DNA of 64,000 bases, taken from an uncultured Pseudomonadales bacterium. Its GTDB lineage: Bacteria; Patescibacteriota; Microgenomatia; UBA1400; PJMF01. Made by a program: the position numbers and the translations under genes. The notes beneath the pieces are model-generated. The model was not told the DNA's origin. It searched no databases and saw nothing but the letters and a program-made list of their open reading frames with translations. Shown here one piece after another: positions 20,479 to 30,724 of the stretch; position 1 is the first letter of the stretch, and every line of letters starts with the position of its first letter. The stretch is from positions 73,440 to 137,439 of the forward strand of contig CAZMXT010000001.1 of assembly GCA_964570365.1 (NCBI GenBank). The letters run 5' to 3'.

Positions 20479-22177
20479 TTACAAATCTAGCTACGTTACC
20501 CACTCCATATACTTGATGTACAGAACTTGGTTGACGGGTACTTTTCTCAGATAACTCTTTAATCTCATCAGGTTTCCCAGCAACTAAGAAAGCAGACTCA
20601 GAGGTAAGTGTTTTCTGATCGGGAATTCCAAATGTAATATCAGGAATACTAGCTTGAAATTGATATGATTGGCTTGACCAGCTCTGGAACTCGTTTCCAG
20701 TATACGGCCCGTACGCCATTAGCCACAAATAAAACCTATCATCAAAACGAGAAATAAATACTTTTCGATTACTTTTTTGTTGAAAAATATCTTTAGCTAA
20801 ACTCTTGTAGCCATCCTGCCACTCTAGAGCTGACTCCCTGGGATAAATCTTAAAGTAATGAAAGGAAAAACTAAAAATAAAGCTCAGTACCAGTACGCAA
20901 AAAAGAGCTACCGGTAAAAATCCTAAAATTACCGTTCTGGAACCCTGTACATAAGAACTTAACCAGCTGAGCACTTTTACAGTTCCAATACCAATCAACA
21001 CCGATAGCGGCACTAGTGCATTTAAAGAACGAAGTGCATGGGGTGTTCCTTCAGGTACAGCAGCGGGTAGTAATGCTATAACCCACCATGTAATCAAGAA
21101 TAGGAGTACTCGCTTATTCTCAAACCAAAGACTAAAAACTCCTCCGACTAAAAAGGGCAGTAAAAATAAAGGAAAGAGGCCATGAATTCCAGTCCCATGC
21201 CGTAAGTTGGGATCTCCACTTAAAAATAAAAAATTCAGCGATAGGTGGTCACTGTAGTTCATTGCTAACTCTCTAGCTGTTAGCCAAGCTCGATGAAAAT
21301 ACACTCTATCAATAGCAGTATTACCTGCTAACTCGCGGTAAACATTGGATTGTAGGACTTCCTGATCATTTTTGAGAATTGAGTCAGTCCCCAACCTAAA
21401 CCGATTGCTGTCAGCGTAAAGCGGTGATTGGAACATTGGCACCAAACAGAGGAGGAAAAGTAGGACCGGTAGAATAATATGAGGCAGACTCTTCTTCAAG
21501 TTGTTGGCAAATCCCTGATGATTAAAGAGTGGCAGTAACAGAGTCGCTGCTACAAAGACAGCTAGCCAAACAAAGCGCACCGAGAAGTACGTGTAGGTTG
21601 CCACACTACCTAATACAGCTGAGAGAAAGAACCACCTTGGATTTTGACGAGCACATAGTAAAGATCCGACAGAAAGAGCTAACAAAAATTGTCCCAAATG
21701 ACCCTCAAAGGCCGTGCGAGAAAACATGATTGACCAGGGCGCAATCGTTATTACCAGCATCGTGGCCAAGGCGATCAGAGTGGCTCGAGAGACGAGTGTT
21801 CCGTGACGAACTTTTTGCCTCAGACCTAGGGTACTGAGTTGCCATGCAATCCAAGCTGCTGCAATAATTGTTCCTATGCCAGACAAACTACTCACTAGTC
21901 GCAAACTGAACTCACTCACTCCAACTAGCTTCGCTACTGCTGAAGCAAACCAAATATAAACGGGTAACTTGTAGTCCCCATAAGAAGGGTAAATCACCTG
22001 AAACCAAGGCCTGCCATGCATATCTTTGCCTGTCTGAGCCACTGACTTGACGTCCACCAGCATGGCTGCTTCATCCCAATAAAGAGAGCTCGGCACTTCG
22101 CCGAGTTTATACAGACGCAGAGTCAAGGCTAAGAACAAGATACACCCAACAATCAACCCCAGATACTTTCGCGGCAT
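20462..22177 (-). CDS. GT-C glycosyltransferase (PMT_2/GT83-like), tandem paralog 2
   Basis: WDEAA..TGKDMHG..SYGDYKLP; SRTAFE; GDPNLRH; PHALR. Confidence 0.85.
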   Translation of the reverse strand: MPRKYLGLIVGCILFLALTLRLYKLGEVPSSLYWDEAAMLVDVKSVAQTGKDMHGRPWFQVIYPSYGDYKLPVYIWFASAVAKLVGVSEFSLRLVSSLSGIGTIIAAAWIAWQLSTLGLRQKVRHGTLVSRATLIALATMLVITIAPWSIMFSRTAFEGHLGQFLLALSVGSLLCARQNPRWFFLSAVLGSVATYTYFSVRFVWLAVFVAATLLLPLFNHQGFANNLKKSLPHIILPVLLFLLCLVPMFQSPLYADSNRFRLGTDSILKNDQEVLQSNVYRELAGNTAIDRVYFHRAWLTARELAMNYSDHLSLNFLFLSGDPNLRHGTGIHGLFPLFLLPFLVGGVFSLWFENKRVLLFLITWWVIALLPAAVPEGTPHALRSLNALVPLSVLIGIGTVKVLSWLSSYVQGSRTVILGFLPVALFCVLVLSFIFSFSFHYFKIYPRESALEWQDGYKSLAKDIFQQKSNRKVFISRFDDRFYLWLMAYGPYTGNEFQSWSSQSYQFQASIPDITFGIPDQKTLTSESAFLVAGKPDEIKELSEKSTRQPSSVHQVYGVGNVARFVIVTYD

Positions 22178-22234
22178 TTATTGATCATAGCATTTCTCAT
22201 TGCGAGTGGGAAAAGAGACAGGTAAGATGATCTG

Positions 22235-23485
22235 ATGACTTCGTTCCGTCCTATTCATTTATTGATCGTGATTTACTTAATCTCCAGATTATTCATTTGG
22301 GTTTTTCGACCCCAAGCCTTTAGCGAAATCATTTACAGTTATATGCCTTATGCCCATCTCTGGGCCAGTGGCACCAAACCATACCTGGAGCAGTGGTACG
22401 AATATCCACCAGTGACAATTCCGTTGTTTTACATACCCCATATCATTGATCGAGAAACTCGTGAAACTCCTTTTCACTTGAACTACCTACAAAGTTATCG
22501 AGGTTTGCTATTGATTGTTGATCTACTCCTTTTTGGATTGATCTGGAAAACACTACAAAAGCAAAAAGTTGCCTTACCAATTTTTATTACTGCTGTACTC
22601 TATTACATTGGGGTTACCACAAAAGCTCACCACTTTCTGTATGACACCATGGACCTGACTTTTGCCGCTTCGCTCACTCTAGCAGCAGCCGCACCAGTGA
22701 TTTTATCTGCCAAAACTGCCAGCTTTTTTTCTTGGCTGGGCACTTTTTTGGCAATTGGCTTAAAGTACGTCAACGCCCCCCTAATACCGATCTATGCTTT
22801 GTTAGAGCGACAGAACTGGAAACGACTAGTGGTGTCTGGCTTTATTGCCTTTGCGTTAGTCTGGGCATTGCCACTCAGTTTGTTCCGATCTTCCTTGTCT
22901 GTCAGCTTGGTTTACCACGATATGCGCGGAATTCAAGTTGATAGTGCAGCAGCCATTCTCCTCAGAACTATTGACCAATTTACTCAGAGTGAGCGGATCA
23001 TCGAGATTTATAAGAATTATGAAGTTACTGGCCCGCTGACGGATCAAGCCAAGAGCGTAATGAAAGTTCTTTTTCCAGCTTCACTGCTTATTTACGTAGC
23101 TATCGCATGTTGGTTAGTGCTTAAGGTAACTCACAAACGCAGTCAGTTTCTCCGTATTCATCTCACTCTAGGGTATATCTTACTTTTTATGCTCACTGGA
23201 AAAGTGCTTTCGACCCCATTTCTCCTCTGGCATATTCCTTTACTCGCCATCTACCCTTTTACAAGCCTCAAGAGGCAACTGAGCTTTCTCGTCCCTTCGG
23301 CCATCATTATCTTTGTATCAATGACTCAAGTTTCCAATGATCTGATTGGTATTTTTCCTATTCCCTTAATTGTAGGATGGATTCGAACCCTCGCTTTTGG
23401 CTTTCTGTTTATTCAATGGCTCTGTCTGACTAGAGATGAACAAAGAGAAGCTCATTCTCCAGTTACTAGTGCAACTGATAAATAA
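22235..23485 (+). CDS. GT-C glycosyltransferase, GT87-like
   Basis: PY...YEYPP; YH..RGIQ.DS; KVLSTPFLLW; multi-TM. Confidence 0.7.
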   Translation: MTSFRPIHLLIVIYLISRLFIWVFRPQAFSEIIYSYMPYAHLWASGTKPYLEQWYEYPPVTIPLFYIPHIIDRETRETPFHLNYLQSYRGLLLIVDLLLFGLIWKTLQKQKVALPIFITAVLYYIGVTTKAHHFLYDTMDLTFAASLTLAAAAPVILSAKTASFFSWLGTFLAIGLKYVNAPLIPIYALLERQNWKRLVVSGFIAFALVWALPLSLFRSSLSVSLVYHDMRGIQVDSAAAILLRTIDQFTQSERIIEIYKNYEVTGPLTDQAKSVMKVLFPASLLIYVAIACWLVLKVTHKRSQFLRIHLTLGYILLFMLTGKVLSTPFLLWHIPLLAIYPFTSLKRQLSFLVPSAIIIFVSMTQVSNDLIGIFPIPLIVGWIRTLAFGFLFIQWLCLTRDEQREAHSPVTSATDK

Positions 23486-25118
23486 CCCAGACCACTTTAC
23501 CTTGCAGGTCTCGTACTTCTGATACTTCCTGGGCAACCGAACCTTGTTGGGTAAGACGATTGAATTCTGTACGCGAAGATGCAATGATTCCCTTATTGCT
23601 ACTACTTAATGCATCCACAAACTCGATGTTCTGAAATTGTAGAAACTCACCTTGATCTTTTTTAGCCCACTCATTTTCACCCTGAACTAGGCTTGGGTCG
23701 GTCTTCGTGTAAAACCAGTAATACATTGCAGGACGACCTTGCTCGCGGGTAATAAAGACTGGCAGGTTTGGAGCGCTATGCTGCCTTTTCTTTACTTCAG
23801 CTACCATTTCTTTATACCCATATTGCCATTCAGAGGCATAGAGTTGTGGAAACACTAAGGAGTAAAACCTCCAGAATTGGCCGAATTGGATTAAGAAAAA
23901 AAGAGCTAGTGGAACTGTTAAGATTTCCGGACTTACTCGGGGCCACTTTTGTTTCAGCCACACTACTGAGTACATCACTCCAAAACTGAGGATTAACAAC
24001 AGAGCAGGCATCACTGGCAAAATGCGCAAAGCGTGGGGTGCTGCTTTGGTTAGACCAGCTGGAACAACTCCAATTAAAATCCAGAAAAAAAGAAATGCGA
24101 CTTTCCGATCGCGCATCTTGAATAAATAAAAAATACCTAGCGACAAAAACACCGCATCTAGTAAATAAAATTGACCCACTATTTGAACTGAGTGACGCGG
24201 ATTCTGGTCACCTTGGATAAAAAGAAAAGTTGGTGAAAAATGCTTAAAGTAATTTTCAATAAAGCCGCGACCGTAAAAAAAGTAACGATGGTATAGCAAG
24301 CGGGCGATGTGTGTATCCCCAGCTGCCTCACGATAGGTATTACTCTGCTCTACAAAAATTGGATCACTAAAGAGATTTGTTTCTTTAAAGCGTTGTTGTT
24401 GAATTGGATCCCGGAAACTTAGTAACAGCGGAAGAATGAGTAAAATAAAGAAAATACCCATAGGAAAGATTTTTTTTAAGTTCGCCTTCCAGTCACCTTC
24501 TAATAACCACAGTCCCAATAACCCCATCGCTAAAAATGGAGCGATTAAACGAGTAGCATGATAAGCGTACATGGAGAGTGCTAACAACCCAAAACTAATA
24601 AAGTAGGTTCTTCTGCTCGCTCCTGCTTTCAATCCTAAATAAACTCCCCAAGTAACTAAACAGGTAGCTAAGTTTACCTCCCAAGCAGCGCGCGAGAACT
24701 GAATCGCCCAGGGAGAAATGCTGACTACAAACATCGTTAAGAGTTGAACAATGTCTGGTGAAAAACGAAGCTTTTTAGCGAATACACGAGCGATTAATCC
24801 TGTCCCGATTACTATCAGCAGTCCAGCTATAGCACTCGGAAATCGCACCGCCTCCTCATTTAATCCAAGTAAAGCCACTGCCGGAACTACCACATAAAAG
24901 TACAATGCTGGTTTATAATCACCAAATGACTCAAATGCTGAAATGGGCCAATTATGTCCATGATGATCTTTACCCGTTTTTAAGATTGAGTAAGCATCGT
25001 AACCTAAAGCTACCTCTTCCCAATAAAGAGCCGGGGGGGAACTTGATATGTTATAAAAACGAGTGAATACAGCCAGACCTAAAATAGTAATGAATCCCAG
25101 CAAAAAGATTTTTTTCAT
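23466..25118 (-). CDS. GT-C glycosyltransferase (PMT_2/GT83-like), tandem paralog 3
   Basis: WEEVALGYDAYS..TGKDHHG..WP..SFGDYKP; SRAAWE; GDQNPRH; PHALR. Confidence 0.85.
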   Translation of the reverse strand: MKKIFLLGFITILGLAVFTRFYNISSSPPALYWEEVALGYDAYSILKTGKDHHGHNWPISAFESFGDYKPALYFYVVVPAVALLGLNEEAVRFPSAIAGLLIVIGTGLIARVFAKKLRFSPDIVQLLTMFVVSISPWAIQFSRAAWEVNLATCLVTWGVYLGLKAGASRRTYFISFGLLALSMYAYHATRLIAPFLAMGLLGLWLLEGDWKANLKKIFPMGIFFILLILPLLLSFRDPIQQQRFKETNLFSDPIFVEQSNTYREAAGDTHIARLLYHRYFFYGRGFIENYFKHFSPTFLFIQGDQNPRHSVQIVGQFYLLDAVFLSLGIFYLFKMRDRKVAFLFFWILIGVVPAGLTKAAPHALRILPVMPALLLILSFGVMYSVVWLKQKWPRVSPEILTVPLALFFLIQFGQFWRFYSLVFPQLYASEWQYGYKEMVAEVKKRQHSAPNLPVFITREQGRPAMYYWFYTKTDPSLVQGENEWAKKDQGEFLQFQNIEFVDALSSSNKGIIASSRTEFNRLTQQGSVAQEVSEVRDLQGKVVWVIYQLH

Positions 25119-25124
25119 GCTTGT

Positions 25125-26777
25125 TTAGTATGTCACCTCATTTGGTGTCCTAGTAACTGTAAATCGAACTTTTCCGTCTGTACCCCTCACAACTGCCATT
25201 GCTTTTTCAGCTGGAATTTCACTCGGAGTGGCAATGATTAAAACGTTTTTCCGACCTAAATCCCCTTCATTAATGCTGCGACTAAACTCATACTTAACCA
25301 ACGAACCCCCGTGGTACCAAATCGGATTTGTTTTCCGAGAGAAAAGTGCAAAGATATAAGGTTGTTGATAAAAATCTGTAAAGAGAATTCTTTCAACCTC
25401 TGGCTCATACTGCTTGGCATACTCCATTACTTCTAAGTACCCATCGAGAAAGTCTACACTCACTTCCCGTTGATAGCTGCCATAGTAGCGGTGTAAGTAG
25501 CTGAGCGAAAAGAGACAGTGTAAAAGCAGCCAAGTACCTACAACTGACTTAACCAGTAATTCTTTTTCTGACTTCGTTCCATTAACTCGCTGATTTAATG
25601 AAAGTGGCTGCAGTAACTTCCAAAGTGAGTCTGCGCCTGCCACAGCTAAAAGCAGGAATCCTGGCAAAGCTAGTAGTGCACGATTACTATGTGGAATATC
25701 TCGGCCAATAGCTGCTGGCAATAAGCCAATAAGAATCCAACCCACTGCAATTAACCAGAGTTGCTTTTCATCTGCGATGACCGAAATTTTTTTACGCAGA
25801 AATATAGGAGAGAGGACTCCCGCTACAACCAGCAAGAAAGTTGTTGGCAACAAGACTCCCCAATGACCATCACCGTGACGCAAAGAATTTGTCCATCCAA
25901 AACTCAAAAAAGCTGGCGAGATATGTGCCGAAAAATGGTAGATAAATGCTTCTAATTTTTCCACTGGACTCAGTGGTAATGTAAAAATGGTACTCTGCCA
26001 GAACCTATCAGCTCCGTGACCAAATAGTGAATCTTGAATGAGTGGTAAGAGACCAATGCTGGTTAGTACTCCCACGCAGAGCAGACTTTTGCGCTCAATC
26101 CAAAATACTTTTCTCTTTAAAAATATGAACAGTAGTACTAAAAGAGGCACCACAATTTTAGTACTGTGATAACTATATAAAGCAGCTGCTAAAAAAGTAC
26201 TAGTTGCACCAATATTAAAAAAGCGCTGCCATGCTTTAACTACCTGATTTAATCTAAGTAAGAAAACCAGGGACCAAATCAAAAAGCAGAGAGCAATCCC
26301 ACTTTCGAAACCAATTCGAGAAAAATGAATATGCCACGGAGAGAGGGCAATTAATAATCCTGAGAGTAATGAAAGTGAAGCCGCCGAGAGAAAAACATTC
26401 TCCTCCTTATTTACTACCGACTTGCGTTCTAACAACTGGTAGGTAAGCAAAATCATCCCTCCAACCGCTGCAACCCCAGCCAGTGCAAAAGGTAATCTCA
26501 CTGCCCAGAGGTTCATTCCAAATACAACAGTGAAAAAACCATTTAGATAGATTGGTAACGGCGCTTTGTAGTCGCCAAAAGAACGAAATGAAGTAGGCAA
26601 TCGATTCAACCACTCATCACGGCGCGTGGTCCAGACAGCATACCCATTGTAACCAATTGCAGCTTCATCCCAGCTCATACCATGTGGAACTTCTCCAATT
26701 TTGTAGAGACGTAAAACTGTGGCCAAAATCAAGATTAAGCCCACAAGAATCAGCCATCGTTTAGAAAGCAGATTCAT
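25125..26777 (-). CDS. GT-C glycosyltransferase (PMT_2/GT83-like), tandem paralog 4
   Basis: WDEAAIGYNGY..RRDEW..SFGDYKAP; SRIGFE; PHSNR. Start moved to ATG 26777, which makes an ATGA overlap with the upstream GT2. Confidence 0.85.
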   Translation of the reverse strand: MNLLSKRWLILVGLILILATVLRLYKIGEVPHGMSWDEAAIGYNGYAVWTTRRDEWLNRLPTSFRSFGDYKAPLPIYLNGFFTVVFGMNLWAVRLPFALAGVAAVGGMILLTYQLLERKSVVNKEENVFLSAASLSLLSGLLIALSPWHIHFSRIGFESGIALCFLIWSLVFLLRLNQVVKAWQRFFNIGATSTFLAAALYSYHSTKIVVPLLVLLFIFLKRKVFWIERKSLLCVGVLTSIGLLPLIQDSLFGHGADRFWQSTIFTLPLSPVEKLEAFIYHFSAHISPAFLSFGWTNSLRHGDGHWGVLLPTTFLLVVAGVLSPIFLRKKISVIADEKQLWLIAVGWILIGLLPAAIGRDIPHSNRALLALPGFLLLAVAGADSLWKLLQPLSLNQRVNGTKSEKELLVKSVVGTWLLLHCLFSLSYLHRYYGSYQREVSVDFLDGYLEVMEYAKQYEPEVERILFTDFYQQPYIFALFSRKTNPIWYHGGSLVKYEFSRSINEGDLGRKNVLIIATPSEIPAEKAMAVVRGTDGKVRFTVTRTPNEVTY

Positions 26778-27697
26778 ACTTGATCCCTTTTCCACCACCA
26801 GTATGGCTGCCATAAAATAAAAAGCATTTTTTGAGTCAAACTTCCATTTCTCCAAGTAAAGACACGGGCATTGCGCCAGCTCATTTGAGTAATTCTCTGC
26901 TCACCAAAAACCTCCGCGTTAGTCGTTTCATGATAATGTTTCACTCTAGCCTGATTCTCAAAGAGAACTTGCCAACCTTTTTTCCTGGCTCTAAAAGATA
27001 AATCTACGTCTTCCCAATAGGCTGGGTAGTAAACTGGGTCAAACCCTTTTAGCTCTAACCACTTCTGTTTATCAAAGATGCCACTCCCCCCGCTCACCCA
27101 GGCCGTAGGGCCGGATGCAAACTCTGTGGCTCGTGCATGGATGAAAAGTCCTCTCTCAAACCACAACGAATTTTTGCCTCCCACCACCTCTTCTTCTCCT
27201 TCAAGCGTTTGCTCTTTTTCTAGACAGCCCACCGCAAACACTGCTGAGTTATTAAAATGAGGCAGAAGATACTTGAGAATATCGGCAGCTGGCTGAACGT
27301 CAGTATTAATCAAAAAAACTAGTTCATGTTTTGCTTGCTCTACAGCCCGATTACAGGTTGCCGCAAAGCGAAGATTCTGTCGGTTTTTTATCAAAGTAAT
27401 TGTTACACTTTTATTTGGATGAGTTAACTCAGTTCGCATCATCTCAAACTCTGAGGAAGAAGATTTTTGAGTATTGTCCGCTTGAGCATCGGAGAAGAAC
27501 TGCTGTTTTAACCACTCGCAGCTATTGTCTGAACTGGCATCGTCCATAATGACAATTTCATCCCCACTTCGGAGCATGGCAATTACCGAGGCTAAGTTAT
27601 CTGCCAGTAACGCCTGACCATTAAAGTTTGGAATAATAGCAGAGACATTACGACCACCATAAACTGGGTCGTTCGCAAAAGAAGAAATCGAAGTCAT
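26774..27697 (-). CDS. GT2 glycosyltransferase (WbbL/rhamnosyltransferase-like)
   Basis: IIPNFNG; DDASSD; INTD; GFDP.Y.PAYWEDVDLS. Confidence 0.88.
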   Translation of the reverse strand: MTSISSFANDPVYGGRNVSAIIPNFNGQALLADNLASVIAMLRSGDEIVIMDDASSDNSCEWLKQQFFSDAQADNTQKSSSSEFEMMRTELTHPNKSVTITLIKNRQNLRFAATCNRAVEQAKHELVFLINTDVQPAADILKYLLPHFNNSAVFAVGCLEKEQTLEGEEEVVGGKNSLWFERGLFIHARATEFASGPTAWVSGGSGIFDKQKWLELKGFDPVYYPAYWEDVDLSFRARKKGWQVLFENQARVKHYHETTNAEVFGEQRITQMSWRNARVFTWRNGSLTQKMLFILWQPYWWWKRDQV

Positions 27698-27704
27698 AAT
27701 GCTA

Positions 27705-28802
27705 TTACCTTTTTATCATTTGTTGCAAGGTCTTTTCAAAGCGATCTTGCGAGAACTGCCTTACTTGCGCTCTAGCCATTTCTCTAAGCGATGTACAAAG
27801 TTGTGTGTCCGTAATTAATTTTGTGGTTAACTCCAAACATTCATTTTCTGTCTGCCATAAATATGCAGTGAACTCAGCGCCTACTACCTCAGTTTGACCA
27901 CCCTTACCTACCACGACTGGGATGCAACCGCTAGCCATTGCTTCTCCTGTACTAATTCCAAAGTGCTCTACTTTTTCAGGCGCCTCAGCTTCATTTACCT
28001 CAAACCCAGCCGCGTGCCAATAAATACTCGCTTTAGCATACCATTCCAAGAGTTGACTACGCGCCACATCGTGCAGAAAAGTAATTGGCAAGTCTTTTGC
28101 AAGTTGATAAAGCTGACTCACATACTCTTGATCTTCTATCCCACCAATCAAAACTAGCCTCCAATCTGCCATCAGCTCCGGGTTAGACTGCAACATCTTC
28201 TGAAAGATTTTTATCAAAAGATCTTGCCTTTTTGCATGTGTATGTTGAAAAAAACGCCCCACACTTAAAATCACTTTTTGTTTTTTTGGAGCATGCTGGA
28301 AACAATCCTCCTCTATCACAGGATAGTGAACAAACGGAACAGAAGTCTGCCAAGCTTTTTCAACTACGTTTTGAGTAAACTGTGAGTTCGCATTTTTAAC
28401 AGACCAATTTTTGAGCTTTAATCTTTCCAAAACTGAGGTTTTACGGTTGGTGAATGGAATCTGGATGTGTAAAACATTATTCTTTGCTGCACTAAAAAAT
28501 AAACTGCCGTCAGTGACGTAGTAGAGCAAGTCATACTTGCGAGTCCAATCTAGCTTCCTAAAAAAAGAAGTCTGAGTGCCTAACGGGCTAGCAATAAACC
28601 CAACTACATCAAGTGAAGAGCCTAAGAAGCGACTGTAGTTCTGGCGATATTGAGCCACTTGGTCAGAGGTCAGTGGGTCAGTGGCAGAGATGGCTACTTC
28701 AACTTGGTGTGAGTTGCCCAAAGCCTGTGCGACTTTAAATAAATATCTTTCGCCGCCACCAAAGTGTTTGGGAATATATGGCGAGTATAAACAAACCCTC
28801 AT
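27705..28802 (-). CDS. GT4 glycosyltransferase
   Basis: GGGERY; SVGRF; EHFGISTGEAM. Confidence 0.9.
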   Translation of the reverse strand: MRVCLYSPYIPKHFGGGERYLFKVAQALGNSHQVEVAISATDPLTSDQVAQYRQNYSRFLGSSLDVVGFIASPLGTQTSFFRKLDWTRKYDLLYYVTDGSLFFSAAKNNVLHIQIPFTNRKTSVLERLKLKNWSVKNANSQFTQNVVEKAWQTSVPFVHYPVIEEDCFQHAPKKQKVILSVGRFFQHTHAKRQDLLIKIFQKMLQSNPELMADWRLVLIGGIEDQEYVSQLYQLAKDLPITFLHDVARSQLLEWYAKASIYWHAAGFEVNEAEAPEKVEHFGISTGEAMASGCIPVVVGKGGQTEVVGAEFTAYLWQTENECLELTTKLITDTQLCTSLREMARAQVRQFSQDRFEKTLQQMIKR

Positions 28803-29680
28803 GTCACCTCTTCGTCTTTTTTGAGTTCTTTCTTCTCAACAGCAAGCACAGGTGATAAGTCTTCAGGTTTGACACTTTTCCATTGGTTATTAATTTCTAA
28901 CTCTACCCGTTGATACTTCTCGGCTAACGACGGTTTCTGTTGTAATTCCCAAACTTGGATGTAAACCAAAATTCTATTTATTGCCTGCACTAGCGCCTCA
29001 ATCAGACCCTCTAAACCATCCTGGTAGCCTTTTTTGAGAACGGCGCGTCGAAAGAACTCCATGCTCCCTTTTCGTAGCAGCGTCATAAAAGAAACTGGCG
29101 CAACACTTGATTCATACAAAAGTCTAGCTTCGATGGGGGTCCAACTCGCACTCTTGAGTAAGCCATCTACCGTATTTCGGTGGGTCAGATGTACAAGCGA
29201 ACTATGCAGCTGTACTGATTCACCAGTAAAAACTGGACTCTCATGAATATCACCTTGCCACTTCTCTAGGGCACTCAATCTAAATACTCGGGTAATAAAC
29301 TCACTTTGCCAGCCACCGGATTGAAAGACTTTTCCATACATCATGTTCTGTCGATGGAAAACCAAGGCATTTGCGGTACTGGTCTCAGTTTGGACCAGAA
29401 TTTCTTTAGCGAGTCGTGGAGTCACTCGTTCATCAGCATCAATGTAAAAAACCCACTCAGAACTGGCAGCCTCTTTGCCAATATTTCTCTTCTCTGAAAA
29501 AGAGTGAGTCTGTGAGGCAATTACTTTCGCTCCAGCTCGCTCTGCTATCCCAACAGTTTGATCTTCAGAGTCTGAGTCCACCACGATAATCTCGCTGCAC
29601 CATTGCAGTGCTTCCAAGCAATTCGCGAGCATGAGCTCTTCGTTTTTGGTGATGATGATGGCTGAGATGCTAGGTCGCAT
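28799..29680 (-). CDS. GT2 glycosyltransferase (WaaE-like)
   Basis: IITKNEE; VVDSDSED; IDADER; IHE. Confidence 0.9.
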   Translation of the reverse strand: MRPSISAIIITKNEELMLANCLEALQWCSEIIVVDSDSEDQTVGIAERAGAKVIASQTHSFSEKRNIGKEAASSEWVFYIDADERVTPRLAKEILVQTETSTANALVFHRQNMMYGKVFQSGGWQSEFITRVFRLSALEKWQGDIHESPVFTGESVQLHSSLVHLTHRNTVDGLLKSASWTPIEARLLYESSVAPVSFMTLLRKGSMEFFRRAVLKKGYQDGLEGLIEALVQAINRILVYIQVWELQQKPSLAEKYQRVELEINNQWKSVKPEDLSPVLAVEKKELKKDEEVT

Positions 29681-29687
29681 GGTATAG

Positions 29688-30692
29688 CTAGATGATTGTC
29701 TGCTTACCCATTCTACCTAAAAGAAAATCAATTGTCGCCCGTCGTTCCGTTGCGTCTCCTAGAACTAGGAAGCGCAGAGCTAAGCGAAAAATATTTGCCT
29801 GGAAGAAGAAGATCTCCGGAACTGCTTTCCAGGCAGGTTTGGGAATTTTTTTGGTTTTTGTTGCAAGAGGGTTGTGCATTTTCTGCAATTCTTGCATAGA
29901 GTAGGAGTATCTTAAGAAAAAGTAAAATCTATTTCGAGTTTGATAGTATCTATTGAGCTCAGAGCCTGCTCCACCTGAGGAACTGGCGTTGGCATGCCAA
30001 ACTTTGGCATCTGGCGCATAAAGAACCTTAAATCCAGCTTGTCGAACTCGGATACTCCAATCCACATCCTCTAAGTAGAGGAAGTACTTTCCCTCAAGTA
30101 CTCCTACTTTTTCGATGACTGAGTAGGGCATGAGCACACAGCAGCCGGTAGCAAAATCTGTTTCTTGAGCTTGATCAAAGTGGCCGCGATCTAGTTCATC
30201 CACTCCCCGATGAAACGCATCCAAGTTTGCCCAGTCAATACTTCCCCCTGCATACCACAAGACTTTTCCTTTTTGCGATGGGGTATAGCTAGCATGGTGG
30301 TACTCGTTACCTGGGGCAAAGTAGATTTTGGGAGTAATCATCCCAACTTTTTCGCTTGACTCAGCGCAGGCGATCAGCTTAGTAAGAAACTCTTCATCTT
30401 GGGTTGTGTCATTGTTTAAAATCAAGATATAATCCGGCTTCTTTTCTCGAGCTACATACTCAATTCCTAAGTTGTTACCATCAGTAAACCCTAAGTTGGT
30501 ATCACTTCTGACAATCACGGTATTTTTAGGCAGCTGTTTCTGAGGAATGATCAGCGCGTCTTTAGAGCCATTATCAACTACCACTGTTGAGACGGTGTAA
30601 CTCTTTCTCTTTATTTTACGCAGTGAATCCAAGCACGCCCGAGTGTCTTGATCGTTATTGTAGTGAACAATGATAATAGCAACGTGAACCAT
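29688..30692 (-). CDS. GT2 glycosyltransferase (rhamnosyltransferase-like)
   Basis: VVDNGS; NLGFTDGNNLG; LNND; YFLYLEDVDW. Confidence 0.9.
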   Translation of the reverse strand: MVHVAIIIVHYNNDQDTRACLDSLRKIKRKSYTVSTVVVDNGSKDALIIPQKQLPKNTVIVRSDTNLGFTDGNNLGIEYVAREKKPDYILILNNDTTQDEEFLTKLIACAESSEKVGMITPKIYFAPGNEYHHASYTPSQKGKVLWYAGGSIDWANLDAFHRGVDELDRGHFDQAQETDFATGCCVLMPYSVIEKVGVLEGKYFLYLEDVDWSIRVRQAGFKVLYAPDAKVWHANASSSGGAGSELNRYYQTRNRFYFFLRYSYSMQELQKMHNPLATKTKKIPKPAWKAVPEIFFFQANIFRLALRFLVLGDATERRATIDFLLGRMGKQTII

Positions 30693-30724
30693 GATTGATT
30701 ATTGTACCGCACTTCTGAGGTGCT

